A DNA stretch of 64,000 nucleotides, from NCBI GenBank assembly GCA_018304465.1, contig JAGVWC010000011.1, forward strand, positions 64,001 through 128,000, given 5' to 3'. The DNA comes from Candidatus Iainarchaeum sp. Its GTDB lineage: Archaea; Iainarchaeota; Iainarchaeia; Iainarchaeales; JAGVWC01. The translations under genes were made by a program, and so were the position numbers. The notes beneath the pieces were generated by a model. That model worked only from the letters and a program-made list of their open reading frames with translations. It did not search any database and was not told the DNA's origin. Positions 59,098 through 64,000 of this stretch are shown piece by piece (within the stretch, counting starts at the first letter, position 1; each line of letters begins with the position of its first letter).

Positions 59098-60174
59098 ATG
59101 AAAGAAAAAATCCGGGACTTGTTCCGTCAAACCCCCGCCACGACCGTAATCATCCGAAACACCCGCCAATCCCTCGATCCGGCGTTTCAATATTTTTCAG
59201 GACTCGACCCCAAACGGTTTGACAACAACATTTTGCTCCTTGAAAAAAACAAACCGCATCCCACGCTTTTGGTTCACTCGATGGAATTCGACGAAGACCT
59301 CAAACGATTACCTCTACACGTGGTCATTATCGACCGCCAAAAAAAAATGGACCTTTTTTTGTCCCAGCGATTCAAAAACAAAATCGTCGGCCTCAATTAT
59401 GACACCTATCCCTATCAACGCGTCTTGTATTTGCGCAAACACTTTCACCCCAAACGACTCGTGAACATTTCTTCGGGTTTGGCGACTGTTCGCGCTGAAA
59501 AAACCCCGCAAGAAATCAAAAAAATCAAAACCGCCTGCAAAATCACGAGCGAAATCCTCGAACACGCGCCGGAATTCGTCAAAAAAATCCGAACCGAAAA
59601 AGAACTCGCCGAAAAACTCGAAAACGAGGCATTCAAAACCGTTGACGAACTCGCGTACCCCACGATTGTTGCTTTTGGAAAAAACGCGGGAATCCCGCAT
59701 CATAATCCGGCGCCGCAAAAAATCGGAAAAAATAATTTTCTGCTGATTGATTTTGGCGTGAAGTACGACGGATACTGCGCGGACCTCACGCGGACTTTTT
59801 TTAGGGGAAAACCAACCGAAGAACAGCAATGGCAATACTGGGTCGTCTCTCAATCCAAAAAACGCGCCTTTGAACTTGCAAAACCCGGCGCAATCGCGTC
59901 GGATCTCTTCGAAGCCGCCGACGACGTGATTTTTTCCGGTTTCAAAACCCATATTCCGCACGCGCTCGGACACGGCATCGGACTCGAAGTCCACGATTAT
60001 CCCACGCGCATGGCGACCAAAGAAACATGGAAACTCGCGCCAAACCAAGTCGTGACGCTTGAACCCGCGATTTACACCCGCTCATTCGGCATCCGGATCG
60101 AAGACGACATTCGAATCACCAAAACAGGCGCCGAGTACCTGACCCGTGCACCAGAAGAACTCCACACCCTCTAA
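59098..60174 (+). CDS. Xaa-Pro peptidase (M24 family)
   Basis: PHH, DFG....GY.ADLTRT, HALGHGIGLEVHD, EP, GIRIED. Confidence 0.93.
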   Translation: MKEKIRDLFRQTPATTVIIRNTRQSLDPAFQYFSGLDPKRFDNNILLLEKNKPHPTLLVHSMEFDEDLKRLPLHVVIIDRQKKMDLFLSQRFKNKIVGLNYDTYPYQRVLYLRKHFHPKRLVNISSGLATVRAEKTPQEIKKIKTACKITSEILEHAPEFVKKIRTEKELAEKLENEAFKTVDELAYPTIVAFGKNAGIPHHNPAPQKIGKNNFLLIDFGVKYDGYCADLTRTFFRGKPTEEQQWQYWVVSQSKKRAFELAKPGAIASDLFEAADDVIFSGFKTHIPHALGHGIGLEVHDYPTRMATKETWKLAPNQVVTLEPAIYTRSFGIRIEDDIRITKTGAEYLTRAPEELHTL

Positions 60175-60269
60175 AAAACATACCATAAACCTCTTTCTAC
60201 AAGAAAACACCCCCGATCCATCGTTTTTAAGACTATCGTCAATAGTATATGCAGGGTAGGTGAAAACAC

Positions 60270-60422
60270 ATGCGAATCAACCCACAGCCTGGATTTACGG
60301 CAAACCCGCTCCGAAAAAAAAGAAAATGCCTCAACTGCGCAAAAGACATCGTGGATGACAATAGCGTCGCATTCCTAAGAGGATTTTGTTCGGACAAATG
60401 CCGAAACGAATACATGGAATAA
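60270..60422 (+). CDS. 50-aa zinc-finger (TRASH-like) protein, absent from the ORF track
   Basis: AGGTGA RBS; translates to MRINPQPGFTANPLRKKRKCLNCAKDIVDDNSVAFLRGFCSDKCRNEYME. Confidence 0.7.
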   Translation: MRINPQPGFTANPLRKKRKCLNCAKDIVDDNSVAFLRGFCSDKCRNEYME

Positions 60423-60436
60423 AAGGAGACAAAAAA

Positions 60437-60817
60437 ATGACCACCAGCCCCGAATCGATGCTTTGGACCAAAAACGCCACCAAAAGAATACTTCAATTGG
60501 TGTTCGATGAAAACGACGACGTCCTCAAATGCCTTGAAACCGCCATGATCGAACACAATATCCACGAAGTCACGATTATCGAAGCCACCGGTAACATCAA
60601 AAGCGGCATCGGAAACTATTTGCTGGGATCCCGCTTATTTTCTTACAATTTCGACAACACCCGCATCAAAATGACCACCGGTCATTTCAAACGATCCAAA
60701 GACGGCTTGTTTGGCGTCCTCAAAATCATTCCGCAAGACGACAACAACCACGTCACGATCGCCAAAGCCATCGCGGGACCCGATCTGGAACTCAAAGTAT
60801 CCTACTACGAGTTCTAA
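60437..60817 (+). CDS. PPC/DUF296-like protein
   Basis: L.FDENDDVL..L...M.EHNI....I..ATG; AGGAG RBS. Confidence 0.55.
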   Translation: MTTSPESMLWTKNATKRILQLVFDENDDVLKCLETAMIEHNIHEVTIIEATGNIKSGIGNYLLGSRLFSYNFDNTRIKMTTGHFKRSKDGLFGVLKIIPQDDNNHVTIAKAIAGPDLELKVSYYEF

Positions 60818-60975
60818 GCCGACGGATTTTCGTTCAGCGCTTTCTGCCGGACCGGAAAAAGGGTTCCTGAATTTTTTTCAAACCATTCCACCACACGTTT
60901 CTTTGCTTCGAAAAGGCAAATCACAAAGGGACCACACGCTTTCAAATTAAAAAGAAATTGGTGGTCGCATTAATA

Positions 60976-61722
60976 ATGGAACTATCTTTCGTCAAAGAAC
61001 GAATTGAACACGCGGTGTTGTGCAAACAATTGGCGAACATCGTCGGCACTTGTTATGTAGAGTACTGGGGTCGCGCGGCCTCCAAACTCCCCAAAGGAAA
61101 ACGACTGCTTATGATCAAAGGCGACGGCTCGTTTGCGATTCACCAGAACCGATTGTTGCGTCCAACGAACTACATGATGGGTTCGACCATCGGATGCGAA
61201 CTATCCGACGACACCCTGATCATCACCGCAAGCAAATTGCACCCCAAAGAAACCATGAAAGTCATTTTTTACAACGTCGACGACCTTCAAAGCTACGAAA
61301 TGGACGAAGCAAGCGATCTGCGATTATTCGGAAGCGAACGCGAACTCTCCGACCAACTCATGCAAGACTTATCGTTTCTCGAAGCCGGATTAAAACCGCT
61401 CAACCAAGAAGAAGTCCTGCGCAAAGGACTCGTGGACATCCTCGCCGAAGACAAGGAAGGACGACTCGTGGTCATTGAACTCAAGCGACGCCAAGCCGAC
61501 TTTAACGCGGTGCAACAACTGAAACGCTATATGGACCAGGTCCAAAACATGAAAGGAAAAAAAACGCGAGGCCTCCTGATCGCCCCCGAAATCCGAAAAA
61601 ACGCCCGGGAACTCCTCGAAAAATACGGTCTCGAGTTTTTCGCGATCGATTTTGAAGTATCAAACCCGTCCACCAAAATCAAAGGACTGCAAAAAAAACA
61701 AAAAACCCTTTTTGAACTGTGA
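60976..61722 (+). CDS. nucS: Endonuclease NucS/EndoMS
   Basis: C.VEY.GRAAS, IK.DGS..IH, P.NYM, VDIL, ELKR, QL.RY. Confidence 0.93.
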   Translation: MELSFVKERIEHAVLCKQLANIVGTCYVEYWGRAASKLPKGKRLLMIKGDGSFAIHQNRLLRPTNYMMGSTIGCELSDDTLIITASKLHPKETMKVIFYNVDDLQSYEMDEASDLRLFGSERELSDQLMQDLSFLEAGLKPLNQEEVLRKGLVDILAEDKEGRLVVIELKRRQADFNAVQQLKRYMDQVQNMKGKKTRGLLIAPEIRKNARELLEKYGLEFFAIDFEVSNPSTKIKGLQKKQKTLFEL

Positions 61723-61737
61723 AAAAGAAAAATCCCT

Positions 61738-63267
61738 TCACTTCACCGAAATCTGATTGATGACAATGCTTTGATTCGGAACCGTAGTAAACATTTTGAT
61801 TCCGATCCCGCCGTGACTGACCGCGTCCAGATGATTCGCGGTCAACACCCGAATCCCGTTGATGCTGCAACTGATTTCTCTTGGACCGACAAATGTTGAC
61901 AAAACCACGAAACTACCGTCGGTCAAATGGATTTGCGACGGAAGCGCGGCTTGTTTTAACACCTCGGTCGAATTATTGTAGGTCATGACCGCTGAAACCG
62001 AGTTTCCTCGAAAAAGACACGCCAAATAATTTTCCGGATTCTGGTATCGGACCAGTTGGGCAACGGAAAGATCGGAAAAAAACTGGGTCGAAAAAGAATA
62101 CTCGTAATCCGTCCACAAATACGATCCGTCCAGATACACCAACCCCGTGGTCTTGTCATCGCCCGGAACCAGGCTAATCGAATCTTTTTCCAATGAAAAC
62201 TTTCCCCAATTGTCAATCCAGCGAAAACGACTGGAATAATCTTCCGCGTACGGCAAATCCAACGCGCGACTTGCTTCCATTTGCTCCATCACGTCAAGCG
62301 CCGAATCCTCGGAATACACTGTCAGACGAATCACGAAATCGGATCCTTGCCCCGGATCCGGATAGTTGGATCGAAAATCGCGGTTGGCAATCGGTTTAAA
62401 CTGATAATAAACAATCGGAAAATTCTGCTTCAAAAGCAGTGACATAATCGGCATGACATTGCGGTCGTTGGATTTATACTGTCCAAAATCGCTAAACGGC
62501 AAGGCAAACGCCAACAACTCCGGATTGAATTCTTCCCGAACCAGGTTTTTGGCCTTGATCAAATCCGTTCCCACGCGCGAATAAAACTCGTCATCGGTTT
62601 CCAGACGGTTTTCGTCATTTAGCCACAGCTTGTTTCCATAAAACGAATTTCGATTCGACGCGCTATCGATTGGAATCGTCACATGACCATTGTAACTATG
62701 CGCCCCGATTTCCCACCGGCCCGTTGCCCGCATTTCGTTGATTTCCGCCTTGTTCAGGTAATACCGATGGTTTCCTTCCACGGAATACTTGGCGACAATA
62801 AACATCGCGGCCTTGTAATCCAGGGCTTTTAGAATCAAATCCGTGTTGTAAAAAGAGCTTTTTCGCCCGTCATCAAACGTCAAAACAAACGATTTGTCCG
62901 GCAACGTTTTTGTTCCCTTCAAAAACTCGTACAAATCCTTTTGAGTCACGGTTTCATACCCCGCTTTTTTTAACGCGAACATATGTTGCTTGAATTGATC
63001 GATGGTCACGCTTCCGCTTTCGGGAAACGGCGTCACGCCATGGTACACCAACACGGGAACCGACTTTGCCTCGCCCCCCGAACGGTTTTCATCGAAAAAA
63101 ACCTGTTTTTCCACGATTTCTTCCTCGAGTTTAAGGTAATCCACATGCATGTCCACCGAAAAATCGGATGGTTTTGGATTCAACACCTTCGGATCGTAAT
63201 ACTTGACCAACAGCACCGCGAAAATGAAAACAAGCACCAACACGATGGCCACTTCTTTTAACCTCAT
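61738..63267 (-). CDS. Membrane-anchored polysaccharide deacetylase (PgaB/IcaB-like)
   Basis: PVLVYHG, LTFDDG, WEIGAHS. Confidence 0.87.
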   Translation of the reverse strand: MRLKEVAIVLVLVFIFAVLLVKYYDPKVLNPKPSDFSVDMHVDYLKLEEEIVEKQVFFDENRSGGEAKSVPVLVYHGVTPFPESGSVTIDQFKQHMFALKKAGYETVTQKDLYEFLKGTKTLPDKSFVLTFDDGRKSSFYNTDLILKALDYKAAMFIVAKYSVEGNHRYYLNKAEINEMRATGRWEIGAHSYNGHVTIPIDSASNRNSFYGNKLWLNDENRLETDDEFYSRVGTDLIKAKNLVREEFNPELLAFALPFSDFGQYKSNDRNVMPIMSLLLKQNFPIVYYQFKPIANRDFRSNYPDPGQGSDFVIRLTVYSEDSALDVMEQMEASRALDLPYAEDYSSRFRWIDNWGKFSLEKDSISLVPGDDKTTGLVYLDGSYLWTDYEYSFSTQFFSDLSVAQLVRYQNPENYLACLFRGNSVSAVMTYNNSTEVLKQAALPSQIHLTDGSFVVLSTFVGPREISCSINGIRVLTANHLDAVSHGGIGIKMFTTVPNQSIVINQISVK

Positions 63268-64000
63268 GACCCAACACCACCGTTTAGTTCGTTCACAAAG
63301 ACCATTTCTTCCGGTCGCATCAAATGCTCAAAACCAAACTCGATCACGCGATCCGAATCCCGGACCCTAAAACGAATCCGATCCCCTGAATCCTCAAGCA
63401 AAGTCACCGAAATATCCGGATCCTTATCCCCGATTTTGATCAACGTAATGAATTCCGCAGAAGAACCCGTTTTGGTAAACCCCACGTACTCGCACGGAAC
63501 CGCGATTTCGTATTGTTTGGAACACCAGCCCCGAAAAGGAGTCGTTTCCCCCTTATAAAACGACGTCGACGCGGGGGACGGATGCACCTGGATCAACGCC
63601 ACCGCACGATCGGAATCCAAATCCACGCCCCGCAAAATATTGCCGTCGCTGATGAGTTGCGCTTCCGGAAAAAAATGAAACGCCTGTTCAAACGAATGAT
63701 TCGAATCCGAGATCAAACGATCGATGATGACCACGTATTCCGAGCCGTACAACAGAAAACCGCGTACATGCGTCACTTCCGGATACAGTTGATGAAAACC
63801 CGACTGATATGCAAACCCGTTGCCGGAAATAAAGTTTCCGCTGATGGCAGCGCCTTCGTTCTGATCTTTTCCATCCACCACCACGGTATTGTGCGCGGAA
63901 GTCCCATGAAAATAATCCCTTTCTTCGTTGGATTCGTACGTGAACAACCCGGAGTCCGGCATCAAAACCCCTCCCGAACCATACAAGGTAAAACTAAGCG
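63264..64000 (-). CDS. Heparinase II/III-like protein, C-terminal part (5' end outside window)
   Basis: DSG.FTY, YF.GTSAHNTVVVDGKDQ. Confidence 0.8.
   Translation of the reverse strand, partial: LSFTLYGSGGVLMPDSGLFTYESNEERDYFHGTSAHNTVVVDGKDQNEGAAISGNFISGNGFAYQSGFHQLYPEVTHVRGFLLYGSEYVVIIDRLISDSNHSFEQAFHFFPEAQLISDGNILRGVDLDSDRAVALIQVHPSPASTSFYKGETTPFRGWCSKQYEIAVPCEYVGFTKTGSSAEFITLIKIGDKDPDISVTLLEDSGDRIRFRVRDSDRVIEFGFEHLMRPEEMVFVNELNGGVGS

Noticed and set aside
1-64000. tRNA, rRNA, integrase or transposase genes
   Set aside because: None recognised by eye; a tRNAscan-SE, Rfam or HMM scan would be needed to exclude divergent ones.

Overview
A window of archaeal chromosome, most likely from a DPANN lineage. 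The Diapherotrites/Iainarchaeota-like placement is my inference; the archaeal markers are dph5, nucS, Trm5, DUF357, DUF63, TrmB and class III signal-peptide pilins, alongside many bacterial-type genes. Recognisable genes include trxB, a zwf-cyclase-gnd oxidative pentose phosphate operon, a five-gene type IV pilin-like/adhesin operon, glycosyltransferases, scpA, uvrBAC, ahcY, a CBS/NRAMP pair, adk, dph5 and nucS. The standout observation is that the last ~20 codons of scpA (WQEQF-WEDIFIRWNK...) recur as at least 9 extra same-orientation fragments. These fragments sit between small accessory genes (lipoproteins, ORFans, two RelE-type toxin-antitoxin modules, an aminopeptidase) in two arrays, at 24.6-33.6 kb and 53.4-55.5 kb. 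The copies differ mainly at synonymous codon positions, so they appear to come from different functional scpA alleles. This suggests an integron-like or att-site gene-cassette capture system anchored in the scpA 3' end. I recognised no integrase in the window. All calls are from reading motifs by eye; no database search was run.
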